In this document: one piece after another, positions 15,815 through 25,879 of the stretch
How positions within the stretch are numbered: position 1 is the stretch's first letter
How the letters are laid out: every line of letters begins with the position of its first letter
Source: Dehalococcoidia bacterium
GTDB lineage: Bacteria; Chloroflexota; Dehalococcoidia; Bin125
DNA length: 64,000 bases
Reading direction: 5' to 3'
NCBI GenBank assembly: GCA_965205165.1
Contig: OZ242037.1
Location: forward strand, 1,637,520 to 1,701,519
Position numbers and translations under genes: made by a program
The notes under the pieces: generated by a model
What the model was told of the DNA's origin: nothing
What the model saw: only the letters and a program-made list of their open reading frames with translations
Databases searched by the model: none

Positions 15815-15969
15815 CGCCCCGTCACCGAATCCTCGCCTGTCATAAGCGCGCACATGCCCCCACGATAGCGCGGAAAGCCGGAACGCGATCCCCGTCGGGA
15901 AGCCGCATCCGGCACGGGGAGCGCTATTGCGTCGCGCCGACCGCGCGCGGGCAATTCGGACGGCGCGGC

Positions 15970-18900
15970 CTACTGATCAAGGCCGAGCGCCCGGAGGATG
16001 GCTTTGTTGCCGCCGTGCACGGCGGGCTCGCGGCACCAGATTCCACGCAACTCCGCCATCGCCCGGGCAGCATCCGGATCGTCGCCCAAGCCGAGCATCT
16101 CCAAGACCGCGACGTCAATGCGGGCGCGGTGATCATCCCGGAAGGCGTATGAGCACGGTTCGAGCGGCAACTCGGCAAGTTCCGCATGCAGATCGGCGGC
16201 AGCGGCCCGGGCACCCGCGGCTGCGGGGCTGTCTGCCGGGAAGTCCGGGATCGGGAAGCCTCCGAGCGCGTTGACTTGCATGGTGGCCCGGCCCGCTTGC
16301 GTAGTCTGTGCGTAGCAGGAGCGCAACAGCAGGCCCAAGGTCGAATTGCACCAGATCGCCAACGCTGCTTTGACGCTTTCGTCCGCGTGGATCAGCGTGG
16401 TCCAAGCTCGTCCGCCCATCGCGGGCTGCACGGTTCGCGCCGCAGCGAGGGCTTGCGAGGTGAAGCGCAGGTTGCGCGAGATGAACAAGTCGCTCCGCTG
16501 TTCGAGCATCTGCCGGATCAGGGCGTCGTCGCTCGCGATCGGTTCGCCGCAGTGAGTGGGCTGCGCCAGCAGCGAAGTCTGCCTCTCCGCATCGGCTGCC
16601 CAGAGCGCCGGATGGACGCAATCAAATGCGTCGCCGATTGGATCGAAACGGAAGACGCCGCGTCCATCGCCCCCGGCCGGGTGCCCGATCAGATCGTGCG
16701 TTGGTCCGATCTCAACGACCTGATCAAGCGTCGTCAGCCCGATCTCGAGATCCCAGGTACGGCGCTCGCCCGGCCAATAGAGGCGGCCGGCAAGCAACTC
16801 TGTGGCAGCGGTGGCGAGATGGTAGTTGCGCATCCCCACCGCGAACCACGGGAAACCGGGTGCCGGCGAGCGCATGTGAGCCCAAGTGCTGACGCTGCGC
16901 CCGGCATCTTGGATTACGCCGCCGTTGAACTCGCCCGGATCGACCTGCTGCAGCAACTTCGCAGTCCAGAACGCCTCTGCAACGGTCGCTGGCGCACCGC
17001 GCACGTTGATCGAGAGCACTCTGCGCCGCTGCTGGCTCGCAGCATGGACTTTTCCGAACTGATATTCTGGGGGGGGGGGGGGGGGGGGTAGTAGCAGATT
17101 CTGAGGCTGATCGTTTAGTTGCGATCAACAGCATCTCGTTCATATGCGTATCGGCGGACATCATGTTGGTCTCGTCGCCCGTGAACGCTATCGCGGTCAC
17201 GTCGTGATACTCGCGCTCAATGTGCTCGCGGAACCCAGCCCAACTTTCGGCATGCGCAGCCGTGAGCGGCAAGACCGAGGCGAACACGCCGCCCGGCGCG
17301 AGCTTGCGGTCGGCCAGCGCCGAAAAGTCCGAACCGAGCCCGGCTTGACCGTCGGCAACGCGGTTGCCTGATGCGCGAAGCCGACGGCGTATCGCGCTGA
17401 GCCGGACCAACGAGCGGTCACGCTGATCGTCCGTGATGCCGGTGATATCGAACAATTTGCGGTCGCCCCGCGCCCGCGAATACGGCGGATTCTGGATGAC
17501 TAAATTCAAACTATCATCAGGCACGTAGATCATCGCCGGCTGCGCCTCGCCATCGGTCGCGCTGCGGACCTGCTCGCCGATGATATCCGTGACTTGCTCG
17601 CTCTCAAGCAGTTCGAGCGAACCCGTTTTTCCGCCTATCACCGGAACGGCCGCTATTCGGGTGTCGTGATATGCCGTGCCGATCTCCGCGCCCGACAGCC
17701 CCGCGGCCGTCATGTGCGTAGCCAGCGCATTGATGTCGAGTCCGGAGATCGAGCGTTCGAGCATTTGCGAGTGCAGCCCGTCGGCATCGCCGCCCGAGGC
17801 CTCGTGCCGCCGTCGCAGTTGGTGATAGACGGCGCGGAGCAACGCTCCGGTACCGCAAGCGAGATCGGCGACGTTCAGGGCCACTACTTCTTCAACGGAA
17901 GACCAGTCGTCCACCTTCAATCGTTCAACGGAGAGGCAAGCGAGCAATTCGGCCGTTTGCGGAAGCGTATAATGAGCGGCGGTCTCTTCGCGGTCGTCTA
18001 GCAGTTCGGGGAAAAGCTCACCCGCGAATTCGATTCGGTTGCCAAGCCGCAAGGCATCGATCTGCTCGGCGAGCCGCTGCAACTGCGTCAAAGCCTGTGC
18101 GCCGGCATGGGCCGGGAGGCCCACATTGAGGGCGCGCTTGGCGGGCGTGAAGATCGATCTGTAGTTGACCTCCAATATCTTGTCCCACTCCGCGATCAGC
18201 TCCGAGATCGAGATCGCATCGCCGATGCTTTCTTGGCGGATCGCCCGCGGTGACCGAAGCCCGTTCTCGCGGAGCACGGCGGACGCGGTGGCGAGTTGAT
18301 CGTGGAGCCTCAGCGACGTCAACCAGATGCAGCAGGCCATTCGGAGTCCCTGCTGTGGATCGCGCTGATCCAGCGTGCGCGCGATCCGGTCGGCCGTGTC
18401 GGTCCCCGTCAGGCTGCGCTGCAAGTCGGCCGCGATGCCGCGAATGCGCAGCGCCACGTTGCCCGCCGTCTGCGAAACGAGCTGCTGCGGGGCGACGGCG
18501 TATTCACAGAGCGTCGCAAGATCGTCCACCGAGGCCGAGATCGCGTGCGGATGTACCGGCCAGTACGTGATCGTCGAGGCGTCGATCTCCGGCTGGTCGA
18601 TCTCCTCGCCCGTGATGTTCACCGACAGGATGGCGCATCGCAAGGTCACGCCGTCAGGCTGCGCAAGTCGTTCGCGCAGCACCGCTGGCGACCATTCACG
18701 CACGCCGTCGGGCACGCCGACGGCGATCGCCGAACGGGCCCGCCGCGCGGTGCCGTCGACGAGCTTCCCCAGCCGCGACGCCGCGTCGCTGAATGCGGGA
18801 TCGCCGAACTCGACTTCGATGATGACCGGATGCGCGTCGCGCGACATCACCACGATGTCCGGGCGATCTTGCGGCGCTTCGGGGAGCATCTGCAGGCGTT

Positions 18901-18991
18901 CCGAGACGACCGCCCCCTCGGCGTGGCGCCATGCGGCCCGCCGGCGGCGCAGCGCATCCGCCAAGGCATCGTTGAATGTCTGCTCATGCAT
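15970..18991 (-). pseudogene. type IIG-like restriction-modification fusion (nuclease + N6-adenine MTase + specificity region), frameshifted at a poly-G/C tract
   Basis: ATG at 18991 (MHEQTFND). PD-(D/E)xK-like RPDIVV...IIEVE, motif I DLACGTG and motif IV NPPY. The frame breaks at G20 (17069-17088); the downstream frame 17070..15970 is open. Confidence 0.8.
17069..17088. repeat. G20 homopolymer (C20 on coding strand)
   Basis: Direct reading: ...gatattct G20 tagtagc... Confidence 0.95.
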
Positions 18992-19050
18992 CAAGCCGGG
19001 CGCACCGGCGCGGTCTGGCACTGTTTCGGGCTTCCGCTCGATCTGCGCCG

Positions 19051-21228
19051 CTACCGCGTCGGCCCGGCCGACGCCTCCAAGATCTCCGCCACGTCTAGGA
19101 CTTGGAGGCGCTCCTCGTCTTCTTTGTCCATTTGGACGGTGCCTACGCCGGAGTCGAACATCTGGATGCAGAAGGGGCAGGCGGTGCAGGCGGTTTCGGC
19201 GCCGGTGTTGATCGCTTCTTCGACGCGGACCTCGTTGACGCGGGACTTGCCTTGCTCCTCCATCCACATGTTGCCGCCGCCGGCGCCGCAGCAGAGGCCC
19301 TGCTCGCGGCTGCGCGGCATCTCGATGAGCGTCACGTTGGGCACCTGCTCGAGGATGCGGCGCGGCGCCTCGAAGATGTCGTTGTGCCGGCCGAGGTAGC
19401 AGGAGTCGTGGTAGGTGATCGTCTGCGGCTCCACCTCCTTGGCGGCGAGCTTGCCGTCGGCCAGCAGTTGTTCGAGCAGCTGCGTGTGGTGGATCACCTC
19501 GTAGTTGCCGCCCATGTCGGGGTACTCGTTGAGGAACGTGTTGAAGCAGTGCGGGCAGTGCGTGATGATCTTCTTCACGCCCGCCTCCTCGAACGTCGCG
19601 ACCAAGCCCTCGGCGAGGATTTGGTAGAGGTACTCGTGCCCCAGCCGGCGGGCCGGGTCGCCGTTGCAGGTTTCCATCCCCTTGAGCACGCCGAACGAGA
19701 CCCCGGCCTCGCGCAGCAGCGAGACGACCGAGCGCGTGATCGCCTGCGCCCTGTCCACGAACGCGCCCGTGCAGCCGACGAAGTAGAGGTACTCCTGCTC
19801 GCCCGTCCACTCGGGCACTTCGATCCCCTCCATCCACGACTCGCGCGTGTAGGGCGTGCCGCGCCACGGGTGCCCCTGCCGCTCCAGCGTCTCCAGCGTG
19901 CCCTGCACCGTGTCCGGCATCCGCGCCTCTTCCATCACCAGCGAGCGGCGCATGTCGACGATGGTCGGCACGTGCTCGATGAAGACCGGGCAGGCCTCGA
20001 CGCACGCCCCGCAGGTGCGGCAGGCCCAGAGCGACTCGTCCCGCACGACCTCGCCGACCAGCGCCGGCGCGTCGTCCAAGCCCGCGCCGAGCTCGTCGCC
20101 GCGGGCGAGGTTGGCGACCTTGGCCGAGCCGTAGTTGGTCGCGTAGGACTTGAGGTCCTGGATCACGTGCATCGGCGAGAGCGGCTGCCCCGCGATGTCG
20201 GCCGGGCAGTTGTCGGTGCAGCGCCCGCAGCGCACGCAGACGTCCAGCTCGAACAGCTGCTTCATCGAGAAGTGCTCCAGCTGGCTGACCCCGAAGTGCT
20301 CCTGCTCCTCGATGTTCTCGATCTTGTCCAGCTTGCCCGGCGCCGAGGTGCGCTTGAGGAAGGCGTTGGCCGGGGCCATCACGAGGTGGTTGATCTTCGA
20401 GTAGCCCAGCAGCGTCATCCAGCCCAGCGCCCCGATCATGTGGATCCACCAGAACGCCTTGTGGATGTCCAGCGCCGCGTCGATCCGCACGCCCGAGAAC
20501 ATCTTCGCCACCACCCAGCCGCCCGGCGACCAAGCCGACCACTCAGGGTTCACGTGGATCTCCGACGTGTGGATGCGCAGCCCCTCGACCAGGAAGCCCG
20601 TGATCAGCAGCGCCCCCAGCCCGCCGAGGATGGCCCAGTCCTCCCAAGTCGGCAGCCAGGCCGTGCGCGGCCGCACCCAGCGGTGCGCCACCGCCATCGC
20701 CACGCCGATGATCCCGATGATCCCGAACACGTCCGCCACCAGCGAGTAGCCGAGGTAGCGCGGCCCGACCAGGATGTCGACCGGCACGTAGTCGTCGATG
20801 GCGAGCAGCGCCGTCACGAGGAACAGCACGATCATCGAGCTCATGATGCAGAGGTGCATCACGCCCGAATACGGGTCGCGCAGCACCCGCTCCGTGCCCG
20901 CCCCGCCGCGCAGCACGCGCACGATCCGCTGCGGCAGATCGTCGAACGAGAAGTCGGGCCGCCCCAGCCGCCAGATGCGCGAGCGCCGCACCAGCCCGTA
21001 GACGATGATCCCGATCACGAACGGGAGCAGCATGTAGAGCACCCAGAAGTGGTCGATGTTGAAGAACAGCTCCCGGTGCGCCCCCGTCACCCGCACCGTC
21101 TCCGCCCCCGACACGAGCAGCAGCCCCCCCAGCGGCAGCCAAGCCGGGATCGCGAGCGCAGAGGCCCGCTTCCCCGCCGTCCGCGGATTCCCGTGCGCCG
21201 GCCGAAGTTGAGATCGCTGTTCGCTCAC
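19051..21228 (-). CDS. membrane-bound Fe-S oxidoreductase (FadF/HdrD-like: NarI-like TM region, 2x[4Fe-4S], CCG domains)
   Basis: CVRCGRCTDNCP, CRTCGACVEACP, ITYHDSCYLGR, CCGAGGG. GTG start at 21228 inferred. Confidence 0.9.
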   Translation of the reverse strand: MSEQRSQLRPAHGNPRTAGKRASALAIPAWLPLGGLLLVSGAETVRVTGAHRELFFNIDHFWVLYMLLPFVIGIIVYGLVRRSRIWRLGRPDFSFDDLPQRIVRVLRGGAGTERVLRDPYSGVMHLCIMSSMIVLFLVTALLAIDDYVPVDILVGPRYLGYSLVADVFGIIGIIGVAMAVAHRWVRPRTAWLPTWEDWAILGGLGALLITGFLVEGLRIHTSEIHVNPEWSAWSPGGWVVAKMFSGVRIDAALDIHKAFWWIHMIGALGWMTLLGYSKINHLVMAPANAFLKRTSAPGKLDKIENIEEQEHFGVSQLEHFSMKQLFELDVCVRCGRCTDNCPADIAGQPLSPMHVIQDLKSYATNYGSAKVANLARGDELGAGLDDAPALVGEVVRDESLWACRTCGACVEACPVFIEHVPTIVDMRRSLVMEEARMPDTVQGTLETLERQGHPWRGTPYTRESWMEGIEVPEWTGEQEYLYFVGCTGAFVDRAQAITRSVVSLLREAGVSFGVLKGMETCNGDPARRLGHEYLYQILAEGLVATFEEAGVKKIITHCPHCFNTFLNEYPDMGGNYEVIHHTQLLEQLLADGKLAAKEVEPQTITYHDSCYLGRHNDIFEAPRRILEQVPNVTLIEMPRSREQGLCCGAGGGNMWMEEQGKSRVNEVRVEEAINTGAETACTACPFCIQMFDSGVGTVQMDKEDEERLQVLDVAEILEASAGPTR

Positions 21229-21325
21229 GCTGACGCCCCTTCGCTCGCGCAGCAGGATAAGCCCACAACCGCCCTCGCCGCAGCCGCCGCACGGATGCGC
21301 TAGCCTAGACGGACGGGGGTGCGGG

Positions 21326-22441
21326 ATGGACGACAAGCGAGACGATGGTGCCGTTGCCCGCGAGCGGGCCGGGCACCTCAAGCACGCGACTGATCTGGCA
21401 CGCCGCCTCGAAGAGGTCCTCGAGCAGGCGGATGCCCTGAAGGAGACGGGGTTCACTGAAGTCCCATCCAGGATCGCGTTGGCAGCGAAGATCGCGGAGG
21501 AGGATGCGTCGGCGTTCTCCGGAAGGCCGCACCCGGGCCGGGAAACTTACTTCCACCATCGTCCTGCTGATCGCCCCGTCATCCACCTGTTCGTTGACGA
21601 GTCCGGACTGGCTCGCGATGTGCGGAAGTCCAAGGGTAGCGGTGACCTCTTCGCATTGGGCGCGGTTGCAATTTCCAGCGACGCGCTCGAACAGTACTGG
21701 ACTCACGCCAACCAGCTCAAGCGGGAATTCTTCAAGGGCGGCCCCGATGTCATCCTGCATGCCTCGGATCTGCGGGAAGCTATAAAAGGCTCGGACGGGC
21801 GGGGACGCCAGTTCGCTCTCAACACTGACAAATCGTGGCCCAACTTGGTACGTGCGCTGGAAGATCTGGTGGAACAAACAGATTTCACAGCGTTCGGAAT
21901 CATCATTCAAAAATGGGTGTTCCACCAACAGTTCACAGTGCTTGGCCAAGATCCGTTTCTTCCACGCGAGACGTACGACTTAGCTCTGCATCTCCTCTTG
22001 GAACGGTTTGTCTCGTTCTTGGCGAGTGAGGACGATGCGCCGATCGGCTCAATTGCACTCGAACACCAAAGCCCGGGAGAGAATGCACGACACCAGCTGA
22101 GTATCGCCGAAACGATTGCCTACGGCACACGCTGGATTTCGCCAGAACCACTCCAACTCGACATCCAGCCCGGCGTAGAGTTCCTGAAGAAGCAGCCGTC
22201 GCATCCGCTTGAGCTGAGCGACATACTGGCAAACTTGCTCTATCAATTGGCCCGTGACGAGTTCGATCAGGCGCCCCGTTTGCAGCAAGGTGGCAGCTCG
22301 CGGCTCTGGGAAGCCTTCTGCCGCAAGTTCTATCAAGAGGACGATCTGCGTCAAGGCAAGTTCGGCCTGAAAGTGTTCCCAGCTGGCAGGCTTGATGGTT
22401 GGCTCAACGATTTTCGAGATAAGTGGCGTCGCAAGACCTGA
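21326..22441 (+). CDS. DUF3800-family (RNase H-like) protein, copy 1
   Basis: LFVDESG, HPLELSDILAN and C-terminal FGLKVFP typical of DUF3800; lower GC. Confidence 0.75.
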   Translation: MDDKRDDGAVARERAGHLKHATDLARRLEEVLEQADALKETGFTEVPSRIALAAKIAEEDASAFSGRPHPGRETYFHHRPADRPVIHLFVDESGLARDVRKSKGSGDLFALGAVAISSDALEQYWTHANQLKREFFKGGPDVILHASDLREAIKGSDGRGRQFALNTDKSWPNLVRALEDLVEQTDFTAFGIIIQKWVFHQQFTVLGQDPFLPRETYDLALHLLLERFVSFLASEDDAPIGSIALEHQSPGENARHQLSIAETIAYGTRWISPEPLQLDIQPGVEFLKKQPSHPLELSDILANLLYQLARDEFDQAPRLQQGGSSRLWEAFCRKFYQEDDLRQGKFGLKVFPAGRLDGWLNDFRDKWRRKT

Positions 22442-22516
22442 CCGGCTTGATCGCGAGGAGGTCGCTGATGCATACGACAAGATCGATGCGAGAACTAGTC
22501 TAGGAGAGATTTAGAC

Positions 22517-22741
22517 ATGGCATCTCTTGACGCGTGGATGTGGCTCATCTTTGGGATTCTATTCTTAGTGCTTGATGTAACATACATCCGCGAGCTGCCG
22601 ATCCTGAACCATCGCTTGGAGCTGTATTGGCGCGGCCGCACATACCGACCCCACCTAGGCACCATCAGCGCCGTTCTGCTCGGAATTCTCGGCATCATCG
22701 GCGTCATATTCGCGCTGCTCGCAGTAATCTCGCCCTACTAG
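22517..22741 (+). CDS. small two-TM membrane protein
   Basis: AGGAG RBS upstream and two hydrophobic segments in 74 aa. Confidence 0.65.
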   Translation: MASLDAWMWLIFGILFLVLDVTYIRELPILNHRLELYWRGRTYRPHLGTISAVLLGILGIIGVIFALLAVISPY

Positions 22742-22885
22742 GCAAAACAAGGCCGTGCGTCTGCCACTTCTCCCGTGGCGACATCCGCCACGAGCCATCC
22801 CCATTCAACGCGGAGCATTGTCGCAAGAGTCCCCGCAGCGTCACTGTCGGTTTGCAGGTTGGCGACGATGGCGTAAGATGGCCTG

Positions 22886-23965
22886 ATGCCTGACAATCAG
22901 CCCCACGGTGGCGATCCCGACGGCCGGCTTCTAGCGGCTAGGCAAGCGCAGAACTTGGCCGAGGCTGGACGGATCGCCGAAGTGCTCCATCTGCTCTTGC
23001 GACGTGCAGATGTCTCCGAAGAACTTCCGATGGGAGATGTGCTGGCGGGCATCAAGCGCCTGGAAGCGGCGAGCCTGCGCAGAGCACATGGACAGATTGG
23101 CGGGCGTCGCCGTCTCAAGCGCCGTGGTGGATCGGGGAATCCGTTACGCGACAACCTGCCCCGCAACCACCTGTTCATTGATGAGTCTGGGCTTCCAGAT
23201 GGAGCCGCAACAAATCAGGATGTGTTCGCCTTGGGCGCGATCTCAATGAGCCCAGAGCAGATGGCGAACTACATCAGCGCTGCCGACCAACTGAAACGCA
23301 AATTCTTTGGAGACATTTCAGCAACGTTCCATGCGCGCGATCTTTCGCGTGGCACAGGTCGCTTCGGATTTGAGCGTGATGGCATGAAGCGCGAGCGCTT
23401 TCAAGTTGCCGTAGGTGAACTTATCCAAGACAGCGCCTTTACCGCGTTCGGCATCGGGATCAGAAAGCGGGCGTACGCACGAGAGTTCAAGGATGCAGGC
23501 ATTGATCCTTACCTGCCTACGAACGTCTACTCCCTTGCGATTATGCTCTTGCTTGAACGCTATGTGGATTACCTGTGGGCGGAAGAGAACCAACCTCTCG
23601 GCGAGCTCACATTTGAAGCGCAGGGACCTCGGGAGGATGTTCAGCACCAAGCCTTTATCGCGGACACCATCCTGAACGGCACGCAGTGGGTTTCGGGGGC
23701 GGCGTTTCAGAGCCACCTGCTTCCCGGTGCTTCCTTCTTGCCGAAATCCGGGTCCCATCCGCTTGAATTGAGCGATTTGCTGGCGTATGACTTGCATCAG
23801 TGGATTCGCTCCGGGTGTGCAGGAGCGCCGGGATACTGGAGGATCTGGACTGAAAAATTCTATGCGCGGGAAGACCTGCGGATGGGGAGATTCGGACTGA
23901 AGATATTTCCCGATAGCGATATCCGAGATCGCATAGAGGAGCATCGCGATCGGCTGCGCCAATAG
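22886..23965 (+). CDS. DUF3800-family protein, copy 2
   Basis: LFIDESG, HPLELSDLLAY, FGLKIFP; clear paralog of 21326..22441. Confidence 0.75.
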   Translation: MPDNQPHGGDPDGRLLAARQAQNLAEAGRIAEVLHLLLRRADVSEELPMGDVLAGIKRLEAASLRRAHGQIGGRRRLKRRGGSGNPLRDNLPRNHLFIDESGLPDGAATNQDVFALGAISMSPEQMANYISAADQLKRKFFGDISATFHARDLSRGTGRFGFERDGMKRERFQVAVGELIQDSAFTAFGIGIRKRAYAREFKDAGIDPYLPTNVYSLAIMLLLERYVDYLWAEENQPLGELTFEAQGPREDVQHQAFIADTILNGTQWVSGAAFQSHLLPGASFLPKSGSHPLELSDLLAYDLHQWIRSGCAGAPGYWRIWTEKFYAREDLRMGRFGLKIFPDSDIRDRIEEHRDRLRQ

Positions 23966-24006
23966 CCCTCCGGTCGCGGCACAACCACTGCTCGGCTGCG
24001 TGGACA

Positions 24007-24185
24007 GCCTTCCGGTCGCGCTGGGACCCTGCGGCTGCCCCTATGGAAGGCGCATTCACCAGAATGCCCACATGCTGGCAGGCGGCCACCCAGACCTCTG
24101 TTGACGACCGGAAACTGAAAGCGCCGCCATCCGAGGAGAGCGGCGCCGATCGGGTCAAGCCCGATCCACTGCTGAGAGCGTAGCA
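24007..24185 (+). ncRNA. candidate structured RNA downstream of DUF3800 copy 2
   Basis: Consecutive stems: GCCTTCC/GGAAGGC (24007-24051), GCATTC/GAATGC (24052-24067), GCGCCGC/GCGGCGC (24121-24146), GATCGGG/CCCGATC (24148-24166). Strand assumed. Confidence 0.4.
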
Positions 24186-24239
24186 CGTCTTGAGCCTCGG
24201 CGCAATGCCGTCATGTCAATGCCATGAAGCGGGGGTGCG

Positions 24240-25808
24240 TCACTCGTTGTCGGCGCCGCCGTGGGCTTTGCGGAGGTCGTTCTTGAGGACTTTGCCCATG
24301 TGGTTGCGGGGGAGGTCGTCTACGATGGTCAGGTAGCTGGGGGCCTTGTAGCTGGCCAAGTGCTGCTTGGAGTAGGCGATGGCTTCTTCGAGGGTGAACT
24401 CGTGGTTTTCGTGGAGGATGACGACGGCTTTGACGACTTCGCCCCATTCCAGGTCGGGGGCGCCGATGACGGCGGCTTCGGCTACGGCGGGGTGGCCTTC
24501 GAGGACCTGCTCGATCTCGCCGGGGGCGATGTTCTCGCCGCCGCGGATGATCAGGTCCTTGGTGCGGCCGGTGATGAAGAGGTAGCCCTCGTCGTCGAGG
24601 TAGCCGACGTCGCCGGTGTGGAGCACGCCGTCGTGGATGGCGGCGGCGGTCTCCTCCTCCTGCTTGTAGTAGCCGCCCATGATCCGGTCGCCGCGCACGC
24701 AGATCTCGCCCTCTTCGCCGGTGCCGACGGGGTTGTCCTCGGGATCCATGATCAGGACCTCGATGTCGGGCATGATCTTGCCGACCGAGCGCAGGCGGTG
24801 CTCCTTGACCTCGATCTCCTCCGGGGTGCCGTCGAGCCGGTGGTCGTCGGGGCCGAGGAAGGAGATCGAGGAGGTGGATTCGGTCTGGCCGTAGGCGTTC
24901 ATGAAGCCGACGTTCTTGGGGAAGACGTCGACGGCGGCGCGGATCACGTCGTAGGGCATCGGGGCGGCGCCGTAGGTGAGCAGCTGGAGCGTTTCGCCCT
25001 TGAAGTTGGGGAAGGCCTCCGATTCCATGGTGCGCTTGAGCATGGTCGGCACGATCATGGAGTGGGTGATGCCGTGCCCGTCGACCGCCTCGATCCAGGC
25101 TTCGGGCGAGAACTGGGGCAGGATGATCAGCGAGCGCCCGCCCCAGACGGAGGAGATCATCGAGGTCGAGCCGGCGATGTGGAAGAGCGGCACGCTGAGC
25201 AGTGTCTTCTCGTGCGGCTGCTCGGGGTCGGCCGGGTTCATCGTGTTGGTCACGTAGACGGTGAGGTCCTGGTAGGTGACCTGCACGCCCTTGGGCATCG
25301 CGGTGGTGCCCGACGTGTAGATGATGATGGTCGGGTCCTTGTCGTCGATCTCGGTGAAGATGAAGTCGTCGGTGCCCATCCCGATCAGGTCGTTGTAGTG
25401 GCGCTGGCCGTCCTGCTCGGATTCGAGCGAGATGTAGTGCTCGACGGCGGGGCACTCGCCGCGGATCTGCTCGACCAGGGGCTGGTAGCGGTCGGAGACG
25501 AAGATCGCCTTGGCCTCGACCGTGTTGACCATGTAGGTCAGCTCTTCGCGCTTGGCGCGGTAGTTGAGCGGGACGAAGGTGACGCCGAGCTTGGCGCAGG
25601 CGTAGTAGATCAGCACGTACTCGGCGGAGTTGACCGACATCACGCCGACGTGGTCGCCGCGGGAGAGGCCGAGCTGCTGGAGCGCGTTGCCCAGCCGGGT
25701 CACCTCGGCGGCCATCTCCGCGAAGGTCTTCGTCGTTTCGCCGCAGATCAGGGCCGGGCGATCCGGCAGCACGGCGGAGGTGATGTCGAGGAAGTCGGCG
25801 GTGTTCAC
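24240..25808 (-). CDS. long-chain acyl-CoA synthetase (AMP-binding)
   Basis: YTSGTTAMPKG, YGQTE, TGDVG, GRTKDLIIRGGENI, PRNHMGKV. Confidence 0.95.
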   Translation of the reverse strand: MNTADFLDITSAVLPDRPALICGETTKTFAEMAAEVTRLGNALQQLGLSRGDHVGVMSVNSAEYVLIYYACAKLGVTFVPLNYRAKREELTYMVNTVEAKAIFVSDRYQPLVEQIRGECPAVEHYISLESEQDGQRHYNDLIGMGTDDFIFTEIDDKDPTIIIYTSGTTAMPKGVQVTYQDLTVYVTNTMNPADPEQPHEKTLLSVPLFHIAGSTSMISSVWGGRSLIILPQFSPEAWIEAVDGHGITHSMIVPTMLKRTMESEAFPNFKGETLQLLTYGAAPMPYDVIRAAVDVFPKNVGFMNAYGQTESTSSISFLGPDDHRLDGTPEEIEVKEHRLRSVGKIMPDIEVLIMDPEDNPVGTGEEGEICVRGDRIMGGYYKQEEETAAAIHDGVLHTGDVGYLDDEGYLFITGRTKDLIIRGGENIAPGEIEQVLEGHPAVAEAAVIGAPDLEWGEVVKAVVILHENHEFTLEEAIAYSKQHLASYKAPSYLTIVDDLPRNHMGKVLKNDLRKAHGGADNE

Positions 25809-25879
25809 GGGCGTCTCCTGTCGGCTCGCGCACGGCGTCGGGCGCGGCGGTCTGCGATTCTAATGGCGTGCCGCGTTTG

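Noticed and set aside
15970-17019. 349-aa ORF as an independent gene
   Set aside because: No clear RBS, and the frame is open up to the poly-C tract, so it is better read as the C-terminus of the R-M protein.
24121-24166. Rho-independent terminator
   Set aside because: No U-tract 3' on +. On - only a short interrupted T-run follows, so termination of the convergent gene cannot be excluded but is not supported enough to call.
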